The notes under the pieces were generated by a model. That model was not told where the DNA came from. It made no database searches and was given only the letters and a program-made list of their open reading frames with translations. This document shows positions 27,401 through 39,314 of a stretch of 64,000 nt of DNA, piece by piece. Numbering within the stretch: the stretch's first letter is position 1; the number at the start of each line of letters is the position of its first letter. A program made the position numbers and the translations under genes. Source of the stretch: Macrostomum hystrix (lineage: Eukaryota > Animalia > Platyhelminthes); contig CATNEN010000034.1 of NCBI GenBank assembly GCA_950097015.1, positions 5,580,001 through 5,644,000 of the forward strand, given 5' to 3'.

Positions 27401-28356
27401 GTAAACTATCATCTCCGTTCTGCTCTAATCTTTTTTGTCTCTCTTTTTGTGTTAAAGTTGCCTTCCCAACGTGCCTCTCTTCTCGGTTTCATCCTGGCGA
27501 TCCGCTAAGTGTAGACTGGCCCGGCCAATCGTTTATAGCCGCGTCGAAGCTGTATGTGCCTGCTGTTTGGCTTGGATTGGCTAGGTTGGAGCACACATGT
27601 GGGTTCTTAAGCGCTGCAGTGTTATGCGTGTCGCCTCACCTTCTCTCTCACTCTCGCCTATTTTATTCCCCGTGCCAACCATGTCGGTTTTTTATTTGCT
27701 AAAATACTAAATATTTCACAAATGTAAATAAACAGTTCGAATCTTGTTTATGTGAAGGAAGATTCCTTATCTTCCTTCGTAGGACTGCAGATTGGATCAA
27801 GCTTGAGCACTATGATACATTCCCTGATCCAAAGTATATACAATGTGCTCGTAAAAATCAGCTGAAAAAAATAAACAAGAAAGTTATTGAATATGCAAAA
27901 CGCTGCACGTGTCGCAATGTATGAAAAGTGTTATGCTAAACGATGATGCTTAAGCTCGATCCTTACGTTATTTATTTGAGCATCATGCGAGCTACGAGAG
28001 TATCAGCGCAAGAACGCTAACGATGATGAAACAATATAATAGTTTATTAGTACAGGATTTGCCAATGCTGCTTACAATAACAAACACGCACGTATGAAGC
28101 AACCGATGTACTTTTATGATTTTTCACAACGTGCTCTCTCGACGAGAGCCGTGTGGCGATCTGGATATGGATCTAGCAGAAAGTGATTGCTTAGGGAGTG
28201 TTGCGTAGCTTAACTTCATTACAAAATCGAAAATAATAAATGGCACTGAAGTAATACAGTTCTTAAGTAATGAACAACATTAATGTTTGCGATTAACTTT
28301 TTAAAGACGTTCAATCCATCAAGAATAACACACAGTGAATAAAGAGAGCCATTCAG

Positions 28357-28651
28357 TTAAACTTTTTCGGAGCGCCTTTTATTCCGTCGCGACCTCCATC
28401 GGTAGTAGTAGGTGCCTGCCACGACTAGAGCAATCAGCAGTGCGACAAGGATTACAGCAATGCAGGTCACCTGGCCTTTGCTAATGGTGCATAATTTTCC
28501 TGTCCAATCTTTGAGGCATTTGCAATGATACACTGTCGGGTTCGATCTTCTCGCAGAAGCTTTCTTCCAAGCACAAGGCTTGATATTTTTTAAATATATG
28601 TTCGTACTCTTCATCGTGCGTGCACCTCCTGGTTGCGTTGGAGCTACTCAT
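28357..28651 (-). pseudogene. EGF-TM microprotein paralogue 2 (MSSSNATRRCT...SEKV); one extra base at 28534 shifts the frame (pseudogene or assembly error)
   Basis: Nearly identical to 24991-25284 (295 vs 294 nt). ATG at 28649-28651; plus strand reads CACTGTCGGG here versus CACGTCGGG in paralogue 1. Confidence 0.65.
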
Positions 28652-28718
28652 TTTTGATCGGCAGCAAAATTACAACAAATTTTTTATGTTATCTGATCTG
28701 TGAGATTTGCGCACAGCT

Positions 28719-28726
28719 TATTTATA
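28719..28726 (-). promoter_or_regulatory. Putative TATA box (TATAAATA) of EGF-TM paralogue 2
   Basis: 68 nt upstream of the ATG; conserved with paralogue 1. Confidence 0.5.
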
Positions 28727-30752
28727 CAAAATAGCGACTGATTGAGCTCCAATCGCCGAGGTCTAACCTACGACCGCTGACAAGCCTAGGACTGGACAAA
28801 ATAGCCGGCAGCAACCAGCACTGCTGACCATATTTGTAAATTAATAATGCCTTAGAGATTCGAGATAAATCACCTAAATTGGACAGAATCTATTTCTGTT
28901 GCAAACCAAGAAAAGGCTAGTTTCTATTTAATTAATTCAGTCGAATAAACAAGCTTCAAAGCTAATATGTGTCATCCAAGCAGAAAGGCCCTACGCATGC
29001 GAGGTCCTTAATTCATGTCGCTTGGTTTCAAAGAAAGCCAAACAAGTCTTGCGTGCGCGATGGCTAATGTGTTGGTGTTAAATTTGCTTCAACTAGACAT
29101 TTAGACATAAGCTAGCGGCATGTCAAACATTGGAATTAGCACAATGTTTCTAAAAACATTGAAAGCAAAGTTTTCTTTCGTTTTAAAAAATGTTTTTCAT
29201 TCTTTCCCGTTGGCCACGATGCGATTTTTTTATTAGAGTCAATTTAGCAGCACCAACACAACAAGATCACGGGCAACACCACCTGAAATCTGCTGCTGCA
29301 CCGACGGATCCCAAATCAAGTCCGTCTTTGGACTGGGCTACAGCATTACCTGCATATGCAATCTATTATTTTCTCACAGATAAGCTAAAAATATGTCAGG
29401 GTGTGCAACAAACCCAAAGCTCGGCGATTGCCTCGATTTTGATAATAAAAAAGCAAATGAGCAGCAGGAAATGGAACACCTACTAATGGATTTAGCAGGT
29501 CCTGCGTAATCGGTTTTCGAAGTGCGAACAAAGGAAAAGTGCAACCTGAGTCGCTAAAAATATTCAAGTGCTGAAGCATAGAGCACGGTAGTGCTAAAAA
29601 AATAAAAAACGGTTGTTTACTGCATAATTATAATAGTGAGGATTTACGATCGAGTGCGAATAGATTTATTTGTTTTTTAGTCTGGCGAAAATCGATGTGC
29701 CAGGTGGTATTCTGGCAAAATAGTATTAGTCACAGTTAAAGGAATCGAAGCAGAAGCACTGAAGGCCCTTTTAAATAGGACCACACACTGCAGAATAACA
29801 TAAGCTAACAAGTGTGTCGTCTTTTAAAGCAATAGAAATCTCGCAATTAGTCACCTGCAATCAGAATTGGTTTTATTTCCTGAATAAAACTTTGAATGAA
29901 AAGAATGTTTTGTGAACCATTGTGAGCCATTGAGTGTATTGGCCTATGCAAAGTATAATTCCCTAGGTTGTTAAATTTACAAACAGTAAAAACGACACAA
30001 AACTTACTCTCATTTGAAAAGCCATCAGTTCAAAATACTTCCGACATTCACTCACTTGCAAGACAAGCCAAAAAATAAAGTGCTTTCAAATAAGAATAAG
30101 CACAAAATTTGCAGTCTATCAAAAATCTAAGTTACAGTTTCCGTACGCTACAAAAGTACTCTGTGAAACTTCGACTTTGGATTAAAACTTGTTTGAATAT
30201 GCATACATGTCAACTATACTCAGCATCTAGAAGAATGCTGCTAATTTTCAGAGTGGAAATCAACGCGTTTAATTTCGAGAAAAAGCGGCCATCATTTGAA
30301 TCAGTTTAAGGCCCAGGTAAATTAATTGTGGCACGTGACCAACAAGGACAAACGACAGTAGGAATATTAAAAACCCACGAAATAAAAACATAAATCAATA
30401 GCCCGCTTAGTTTATTCATTGTTTTCACTTTTCTAATTTGCAATGCGAGGCAATCGCATGTCGAAATAATGGTAGGCATTTAGATTTGATGAGCTGAGAA
30501 TCTATATTATACACTATTTAAGGCACATATGTAATGAAGAACCATTTGCAGAGCTTCGAAACAGAACGGTACAATATCTCTACTTGACTAATTTAAATTT
30601 TTCTAGCCGATAATCAGGAGCCCAGGCGTAGCAATCGTTAGCTTAGGGGGGCATAATGTTTCGAAAAAAATATGTTAAACGTCATTCCAAAACATTCTAC
30701 ATCATTTTACGAAGTTTTATGATTTCCGTACTGAACATTGGTCGTTACTTTG

Positions 30753-30803
30753 CTACTTACTTACTACTAATTAACCACTTATTTCGTAGTAGTAAGTAAG
30801 TAG
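30753..30803. repeat. Perfect 17-bp inverted repeat with a 17-nt loop
   Basis: CTACTTACTTACTACTA (30753-30769) and TAGTAGTAAGTAAGTAG (30787-30803). Confidence 0.8.
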
Positions 30804-31301
30804 TATATATCCGCACTAAGATGGGTCGTTAAATAAATGTCTAATACGCACGAACCTTTCTGTCCCTTGTTCTTTCCCCTATTCTGCTACTCTCGATCCA
30901 AAGAGTACAGAGTTAAGATATATTTAGCTTGTCCTTAGACTGGACTGGAAGCCCGAGTTCGGTAAGCCTACAGGCAGGTAATGAATTCTGAGCTTGTCCT
31001 CAATTACGAGTATGCGGAGTCAACTAAACTTTTGGATGCTCCAATGATAGTGTTCGCTTGGTCTTACAAGCTCTCAATAATTGGATTAGTGACTGACACT
31101 ATTTCTTAAGCTCACAAAAGGAAATTGTCACGAAAATGAGAGTGGACTAAAGTAATATGAGAAAACTTGCCTAAGAGAAGCCAACTGAGCAAGAAATAAA
31201 TTTAAAGCGGTCACTATGGGACTAGCTGCTAATATACCGGGTGTCAAGCTACAAGAAGAATTGCACAAAAAGCCGTCTCACTCAGGAATCGAAATCCTCG
31301 C

Positions 31302-31637
31302 TCAGCAAGTCTGCGCGCCGTCATCGCCGCCACCTGAGTTGGCTTGAACGCTGCGTTGATTTTTGCGCAAATTAAAGTAAACGAGAAGGACGGCGCATAC
31401 GATAATCAGCAGGATGATGATGCCTACTAGGGGCATGTAGATAGACGTCATGGCCGAGGCGATGCCCATAGAAGGGAAGAAGTCTGGCTCGTTGCACAGC
31501 TGGCCGACCCAGCCTGTCAGGCACTCGCAGTAGTAGGTGCTCGGCTCGATCAGTCTGCAGTAGCCGCCCTCCTGACAGTTGAAGCCATACTTCTCCACTA
31601 TGTACTTCTGCGTCTCGGTCGCCGTGCAGTTGCGCAT
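31302..31637 (-). CDS. EGF-TM microprotein paralogue 3 (111 aa, intact, intronless)
   Basis: MRNCTATETQKYIVEKYGFNCQEGGYCRLIEPSTYYCECLTGWVGQLC gives C-x16-C-x5-C-x9-C-x-C-x8-C, followed by a TM segment (PLVGIIILLIIVCAVLLVYF) and RKNQR. In-frame TGA three codons upstream of the ATG. Confidence 0.85.
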   Translation of the reverse strand: MRNCTATETQKYIVEKYGFNCQEGGYCRLIEPSTYYCECLTGWVGQLCNEPDFFPSMGIASAMTSIYMPLVGIIILLIIVCAVLLVYFNLRKNQRSVQANSGGGDDGAQTC

Positions 31638-33375
31638 TGTGCGTCAGATTGCTTTTCGTAAGAACTGTGGAATTCAGAAAATTGTTTATGCAGCTTGAAC
31701 ATTGACTTCCAGTCGTGAGAAACGCATCGTGTCTATCATTTGGCAAATATTTGGTTCTACGACAATATATATTTTTGTCGATAAAATTACGTGTAATACG
31801 GCAAGAATAAGCATGGAAAGAAGAGTAATTGCACATCAGAATGAGTTTACTTCGTATTTCATAAGTTTCTATTTGAGGAATATCGAGTATAAACAAATCT
31901 ACATAAAATTATATACCTAGTTGAGTTATAATTAAATTTACATATACCAGGAGTTCATTTCATCTAATACTCAAATTTTCAAATTTAAGAATCAATTTAT
32001 ATTTGATTGGTTTAAATCTTCTCCACCAAAAGTTTTTTAAGATTTATAAAAAGGTCTCAATTCTCTGTACCATTGTCATGGGTTCTGATTTAACAGCTCG
32101 CGATAGCAGGAGAAGCCGTCTCAGATTAGACTCAGGGCTGCTCATTCGGCCAGACTTGTATGAGGTACTAAGGTATGGCAATCAATCAATAGATTAACTT
32201 TCAAGCCGAGTCGTCAATGCTATTTCATTTGAAAACTTCAGCAATGGATTCATAATCAACTGTCCAGTACCAATACCATATTTTTTCAGAAACAAATTAG
32301 CAGCCCTTACCTCAAGACTTGCTAGCAGATCCGCGATTTGCAGTTGAAGTCAAATGCAGTGAGCAAAAATTGGCTTGGGTGGCTGGCCTGCAGCTTCGCA
32401 GTTTAGCCAAAGTTATCGTAATCTGTATAGATAAAAGGCAAGGTAGGTCTAAGCGCTGCCAATGTGCTGGTTAGGAGAAAGGCGAGATGCAGTGAAGGCA
32501 GTCACCGCTCATGTAAGACTTGCCTTTAATAAGCGAAATCTGTTACATTGCCATATGGAAGACTCTTATCAGCGAAAATGTACACTTAGGTTAATGTGCA
32601 GTATTGTTTAGAGTTTTTATAAGACAGTGAATGAAATCAAAATGGGGTGGATGACACTTTTTGGCGTTGGCGTTAAAATGCTATGTGCATTGATTGTGCG
32701 ATTTTGCACAAATTAAGTAGAGGGTCTAAAGCGCGCCTATAAATAATTGTGAGGTCATTGTACCTGCAGCCAACACTGTACCTACACTGGAAGTAAGCTG
32801 GCCAATTTAAAATTTAGCTCCTTCAGCCGATCAGTCAGTCGGCGTAGGTAAATTTATTACCCAGGTAGCTGAGAACTTTTTTTGCATAGCCAGTTCTTTT
32901 AAATAACCTATATGCGTAGCTGCTGTATCCGAGCGAAGTTTTATTGTAAAAAAACATATAATATCACATTTTTTAGCTTACATTCTGCGACTTATTGTCG
33001 AAACACATTTTTGTTCGAGTAGTTTGTCTCAGAGTTCAGTTCAGCTGCGTTCAGTGAGTTTTCTGACAATAATAAGCGAATTATTTTAAGTTTAGGCTCT
33101 AGGTGATTTCCTACATCTCATTTTAGCTTTTTTCCTGTACAGTCATATGCGCCAGTGAAACTCATTAAAAAGTTTGTAATTTCTAGAGGAATCCGCAAGA
33201 GTAGCAAATGCGCAGAGAACTATTTTAATTGATGCTTTTTTATTAGCAGGAAATTCAGCTTATTGAACTTGGATTCAACAAATATTCTATCTGCAGCGAA
33301 CCTAAAGTTTAGTTAGAAAATGTTTCGAGTGTAAGTGCTTAGAGTGTACTCTTCGAAATCCTTTTATTTAATAAA

Positions 33376-33450
33376 GGGAGCTTGTAGCCCAGTGGTTAGA
33401 CTTAAAGCTTCAAACTTTTGACTGAGAGGTCTAGGGTTCGAGTCTTAGCA
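33376..33450 (+). mobile_element. tRNA-like Pol III head (SINE fragment or tRNA pseudogene)
   Basis: A-box TAGCCCAGTGG and B-box GGTTCGAGTC; no complementary acceptor stem. Confidence 0.45.
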
Positions 33451-33579
33451 ATTTGTTGCAAGTTGCGGCGGCTGACTTAACTGAATAAATTAAATGATTA
33501 ATATTTATATACCTTAATATTGCCTTACTAAATTATAAAATAATAAAGAATATATACAGGAAAGGCTGTGGGCTCATGC

Positions 33580-33790
33580 ACATCATTTGGAGAAAGCAAG
33601 TCAGCAACGAGAGGCAATTCTGGTCTTTTCGCTGAATTCTGAACACCCACGCACTCGACTGACACCGTACGCGGGCACACACTCACACAGGCGGGTTCAT
33701 CTGCCCTGACGCCCCAAATGAATGTGCTTTGAATTTTAGTTCAGGGACCTTGGTGCGAGAGGCAAACGCGTGAACGCGCTCTGCCACTCA
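33580..33790 (-). mobile_element. Diverged copy of the SINE seen at 1-162
   Basis: Shares GCCCCAAAT(A/G)AATGTG and GAGGCAAACGCGT...CGCTCTGCCAC with 73-155. Confidence 0.45.
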
Positions 33791-35515
33791 CCTCGCCGGG
33801 GCCAACTCAACTTAATGAAACAATTTATAAAGCAATAGTATATAGTAAAAAACAGAGTCTATACCTTTGAATCTATCGATGGAGGTGATCGCGCGGACTC
33901 TCTCGAGTCAAGCTTTGAATTCCTTTTTAGGAAATGTAGCAAAAAGTTAGAAAAGGAATTAATATAGAATATAGAACTTTCAATAATGAAATTCGCTTTT
34001 CTGTAATTTCTGCAAGCCGTTTGAGCAGGATATTAAATTTCTTTCGCGTACTTTCGCACTTCAATACTAGCGTCCACATGCTTGTCATAGCGCTTACCAT
34101 AGACAATCGTACAAAAGCACCACTACTTCCTCGTTCCGCCCGTTATTTTGTAGTAACCCACTTTAGGTTACTGAATTAAACAGTGTTCAAATAGAATTAT
34201 ATGCACAAAAAGCATCATGCATCATCCCATAAAAATAGCCAGAAATCATTTTCCTTTTCAGTCTCAATCTCGGTTTTCAATCTTACCATAGACAATAAAC
34301 TGAGTACATGTATCTTATAGAATGTACATTAGTCTCTCCAATTCTCTCTCCGAAAGTCAGAAGCAGAGGCGACAGGAAAGCAAGGGTCTGAAGCTGAGCG
34401 TGTCTAAATTGAATGATGGGTGTCTAAATTGAATATGTGCTTTGTCTCAGAACTAGAATTTTTACCATAGACAAATCGCTCTCAATGAGGAAGTGTTTTA
34501 ATTGAATATCCACTGTCTAAATCGAATATCTGCTGTTTAAATTGAAGTCAGCTTTGTCTAATTTGAACGTCCAACTGAAGGTATAAAAATAGAGTGTCGA
34601 AGATGAATGTCAAGTTGTCTAAATTGCAGCGCAGATTTGTTGAAATTTAACGGGAAAAGGTGTAGTAAAATGGTACAAGTTTGACAAAAATAGGCCAAAC
34701 AGTTTACTATCAAATGTGGATTATACATACAAAGGTACCAACTTTAGTATATAGAATACGTCAAGTACTCATAAGCTTTACTGCTCAAGTTTAAATTATT
34801 AAGACTTAGCGTATAGATATGGACACACTACACTAGTTCGTAAGATATCATAATTTTAGTCTACTTAAATTAGTGAATTACAACGAAGTTTATATCAATA
34901 TGAGAATCTTTCAAGCCAATGCATTTCACTTCTACGAAAGAAAATTTCATTTAATTAATTCTAAGTTTCTAAGTTAAATCGACAAAGTAAGTGATAGCAC
35001 TTTTATGCAGTGGCTATTCAAAAATAATTTTGCCGCAAAATAATACCTTCACTTAATTAACTACAAAATGATCGACTTTACTTCAAATCACTTAAAATCA
35101 CTTTCGGCCACAGTCAGGACAGGCTTTATGGCTATCCAGATGTAATATTTTTTGCGAAGTGTACAATCTCTGGGCGTACTGTTGATAAGTACAGGTAGCT
35201 CCTGTTCTTTTTTATATTTACCAAAACAACAGTGGAGTGTCAGGCACAGAAAAAATACTCCTAAGGCTTTCAATTCGTAGCAGATGGTTAGATTGTCGGG
35301 AGAGTATGGCACAAAAAAGGAATGCAATTTAACTAAGGCACTCGTAGCAGAAACAGTTTGGGACAGTAAAAGTTTAGCTGAAATGATATGGACCAGTTAG
35401 TAGGATCACAATAAATGTACTGAAGCGCCGATCAGTTCGTTGGCTTCAACGTTATTCCTGCATGCCTCTAGTTTGAAAACCAGCATCTTGAATGCACTGA
35501 TTGGAAACTGGTCAT

Positions 35516-35893
35516 CTAAACCGCGGGCTGCTGCTGCTTGTCATCCTCAGGACGCCGCTTCTTCTTCAAGACGCCGCTTTCGCCTTGTTGCCGCTGTCTA
35601 AAAACAAAGTAGAGTGTTATGATCAGGACCACAGTGAGCAGCAGGATGCAGATGCTGAGCATAGCTAGCTTATCAGCTAGCAGCATGGAAGCCGCATATC
35701 GAATCTTTTTTGATGGCATGTTGCAAACTTCGGTGCAGATGTTGCCGCAAAACGGTGCGGGGCAGACGCATTCGTATCCTTTTCGAACTTGACCGTGACC
35801 CAGGACGACCCGGCAAAAGCCACCTTCTTGGCACTCGTAACCGTAGACATCTTTGATGTATTTCTGTGCCTCGTCGGCAGTGCAGTTAACCAT
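35516..35893 (-). CDS. EGF-TM microprotein paralogue 4 (125 aa, intact, intronless, two extra Cys)
   Basis: MVNCTADEAQKYIKDVYGYECQEGGFCRVVLGHGQVRKGYECVCPAPFCGNICTEVC, followed by a TM segment (LAMLSICILLLTVVLIITLYFVF) and a basic tail ending QPAV*. Confidence 0.85.
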   Translation of the reverse strand: MVNCTADEAQKYIKDVYGYECQEGGFCRVVLGHGQVRKGYECVCPAPFCGNICTEVCNMPSKKIRYAASMLLADKLAMLSICILLLTVVLIITLYFVFRQRQQGESGVLKKKRRPEDDKQQQPAV

Positions 35894-36983
35894 TTCAATC
35901 TGTCAAAGTTTATCAGTCTAGCAAACCGCTTGCGTTAACAACTTTTAGAAGCTTCCTCGATTTCTCTCTCGTTCTAGCCTAATTTTGCAAGATACCGTTG
36001 CGCACAGTCTTTCGCTGCGACATTACCTTTTGTAGAAAATTTTCCAAAACAGTAGTGGCGGTAGGCTAAACAGCCACCTCAAATTTAAATCGATGCCAAG
36101 TAGACTATGCGCTCACTGTCTGTCTTCCGCTCTGTCTGAAACCGGCCCGCTCCAGTCAGCATTGCAGGTGTTATCAAGTATCTACACCAGCTTAGGAAAT
36201 CACTGGAACTGGCCAACACTTGTAGCCATTTTGTTTGATGTCTATCTTGCGCTACGCGTGCTATTCTTTCTCATGACAAATATGGTTTACCATCTGACAA
36301 ACGCTTAGCTGGTGTTACTAACACCCGCCTAAATTTTACTTGCCAATTTTAGTCAAGGGAAATTCCGAGTTTTCCTTCGCTAAAGCTGAAATTCTATATT
36401 TAAATCGAGATGCATGGATGCTAAACGGATTTTCTATAAATTGACTATTTAGAACACTGAATGGTTCCGACTGTTCAGATCAAGATTTGCGAAAACTTTG
36501 AAGCTCTCATGCGGTCCAGGTTTGTGTAGGAGTCCATGGCATTTGATAGCTTACAAGCCTTGATGTCCACTTGTCCACTATTAAAAAATGTACATTTGCG
36601 CTGTATTTCTCAACGGTACTCTGCCTGTCTGGCCCATTTTACTGCTCACCAACAAGATCTGAACTGTTTTAGCCACTTAAACAAATCTACTCAAGACTTC
36701 CGCAAAGAGAATAGACATCGCCAGACCAATCAGCTTCTAAATGGAGGTAAAATTAGTCCAGATAAAGTGGTCCAAGCAAACCGCTGGAAAATTACCCTTA
36801 CTCTTATAAGCCTATTGTCGTTTACAGCTCTTCAGAGATTTTAACTTGGTACCTAAATCAATTTTATGGGCCTAAATATTATATTGCAAAATCAAAAGCA
36901 TTTGAATTTGACGTTCATTTGAATATGCCTTAAACTCATCCATTCCCAATCGCCATAATGATCGATCACTGAATTATAGACTC

Positions 36984-38393
36984 GTGTACGCCTACGTGAT
37001 TCAGTTGTGTACTCCTGTGTGATTCAGTTGTGTACTCCTGTGTGATTCAGTTGTGTACTCCTGTGTGATTCAGTTGTGCACTCCTGTGTGATTAAGTTGT
37101 GTACTCCTGTGTGATTCAGTTGTCTTCTCCTGTGTGATTCAGTTGTGTACTCCTGTGTGATTCAGTTGTGTACTCCTGTGTGATTCAGTTGTGTACTCCT
37201 GTGTGATTCAGTTGTGTACTCCTGTGTGATTCAGTTGTCTGCACCTCTGTAATTCAGTTGTGTACTCCTGTGTGATTCAGTTGTGCACTCCTGTGTGATT
37301 CAGTTGTCTTCTCCTGTGTGATTCAGTTGACTACTCCTGTTTGATTCAGTTGTGTACTCCTGTGTGATTCAGTTGTGCACTCCTGTGTGATTCAGTTGTC
37401 TTCTCCTGTGTGATTCAGTTGACTACTCCTGTGTGATTCAGTTGTGTACTCCTGTGTGATTCAGTTGTGTACTCCTGTGTGATTCAGTTGTGCACTCCTG
37501 TGTGATTCAGTTGTGTACTCCTGTGTGATTCAGTTGTGTACTCCTGTGTGATTCAGTTGTGTACTCCTGTGTGATTCAGTTGTGTACTCCTGTGTGATTT
37601 AGTTGTGTACTCCTGTGTGATTCAGTTGTCTGCACCTCTGTAATTCAGTTGTGTACTCCTGTGTGATTCAGTTGTGTACTCCTGTGTGATTCAGTTGTGT
37701 ACTCCTGTGTGATTCAGTTGTGTACTCCTGTGTGATTCAGTTGTGTACTCCTGTGTGATTCAGTTGTGTACTCCTGTGTGATTCAGTTGTGTACTCCTGT
37801 GTGATTCAGTTGTGCACTCCTGTGTGATTCAGTTGTGTACTCCTGTGTGATTCAGTTGTGTACTCCTGTGTGATTCAGTTGTCTGCACCTCTGTAATTCA
37901 GTTGTGTACTCCTGTGTGATTCAGTTGTGTACTCCTGTGTGATTCAGTTGTGTACTCCTGTGTGATTCAGTTGTGCACTCCTGTGTGATTCAGTTGTGTA
38001 CTCCTGTGTGATTCAGTTGTCTGCACCTCTGTAATTCAGTTGTGTACTCCTGTGTGATTAAGTTATGTACTCCTGTGTGATTCAGTTGTGCACTCCTGTG
38101 TGATTCAGTTGTGTACTCCTGTGTGATTCAGTTGTGTACTCCTGTGTGATTCAGTTGTGCACTCCTGTGTGATTCAGTTGTGTACTCCTGTGTGATTCAG
38201 TTGTCTTCTCCTGTGTGATTCAGTTGTGTACTCCTGTGTGATTCAGTTGTGCACTCCTGTGTGATTCAGTTGTGTACTCCTGTGTGATTCAGTTGTGTAC
38301 TCCTGTGTGATTCAGTTGTGTACTCCTGTGTGATTAAGTTGACTACTCCTGTGTGATTAAGTTGTGTACTCCTGTGTGATTCAGTTGTGTACT
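36984..38393. repeat. 23-bp satellite, left arm (~61 units; consensus GTGTGATTCAGTTGTGTACTCCT)
   Basis: Direct 23-bp periodicity (TCAGTTG at 37001, 37024, ...) with recurring variant units. Confidence 0.95.
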
Positions 38394-38580
38394 TGTGTTG
38401 TACTTTTATATGTGTTGTACTTTCATTATATAGAAACTAGTATTTGACCGTTGCAGCTAAATATCCCATAGACAATTCGTTCTACCTGTTTGTTTGCGAG
38501 GACCGCGTTAAGAGTGTTTGCGGCTCTAGCTTTCGTGCTAACCCCGGGCTTTGCTATCTACACAAATACATTAGACCACA
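38394..38580 (+). repeat. 5' LTR (187 bp)
   Basis: Identical to the 3' LTR except for a 2-bp AT indel near the start. Confidence 0.95.
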
Positions 38581-38603
38581 AGCTATCGCGGCAATACGCA
38601 ACG

Positions 38604-39314
38604 ATGGCAAGCGCAGTCAAATTCAGCGACATAATCAAGCAGTACGACGGTGAAGAGGATTTTTCGCGCTGGGCACAGAAGCTCGAACTCGTTGCCAAGC
38701 TCCAAAAAGTGAATGACCTGGCTGCTTTCATCCCACTATTTCTATTGGGAGGTGCGTTCGCCGTGTACCAGGCACTAAACGAGGAAAGCAAGTCGGACTA
38801 CAAAACTCTGAAAGCGGCTCTTACCTCAGCGTTCTGCCCAAACAAGTACAAAGCATACGACGAGTTCGTGTCACGCAGGCTCGGCCCCGGGGAGTCCGTG
38901 GACGTTTTTCTCGCGGATCTCACGAGGCTTGCACGCCTAGTGGACGAGATCCCCGGGGAAGAATGGATCAAATGCGCATTCGTCCGCGGGCTTCCAGCAA
39001 CCGTCAGTCAGCAGCTGATCGCTTCCTGCTCTCTAAAAGAGCTCGAACTCCATGAACTAGCGGAGAAAGCTAGAAACTTAACGATCAGTCGCGAGTCCTG
39101 CTGTGTTGTCTCGAGCGCAGGAAATGCGCGAAGCGCTGGAAAGTTCGCCCCACGCAACAAAGTGATGTCGTGCTACTCGTGCGGCAAGGAGGGCCATGTG
39201 AGCAAAGAGTGCATGGAACGCAACCGAGCGAATCAAGGTTGTTTTGTTTGTGGAAAAGCGGGACATGTGGCTGCTCGATGCCCGCAGCGCGCCGATTTTC
39301 AAAAAAACGAGTGA
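38604..39314 (+). CDS. gag: Gag with two CCHC zinc knuckles
   Basis: MASAVKFSDIIKQYDGEEDF...; CYSCGKEGHVSKEC and CFVCGKAGHVAARC. Confidence 0.92.
   Translation: MASAVKFSDIIKQYDGEEDFSRWAQKLELVAKLQKVNDLAAFIPLFLLGGAFAVYQALNEESKSDYKTLKAALTSAFCPNKYKAYDEFVSRRLGPGESVDVFLADLTRLARLVDEIPGEEWIKCAFVRGLPATVSQQLIASCSLKELELHELAEKARNLTISRESCCVVSSAGNARSAGKFAPRNKVMSCYSCGKEGHVSKECMERNRANQGCFVCGKAGHVAARCPQRADFQKNE

Noticed and set aside
33376-33450. Functional tRNA gene (also 86-162 and 6906-6970)
   Set aside because: A- and B-boxes are present but no full cloverleaf or acceptor stem; better explained as SINE heads.
33860-34740. TIR element bounded by TACCTTTG / CAAAGGTA
   Set aside because: Only an 8-bp exact inverted match and no convincing TSD.
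38490-38603. Gag N-terminal extension predicted by the ORF track
   Set aside because: It starts at a non-ATG codon inside the LTR; the first ATG after the PBS is at 38604.
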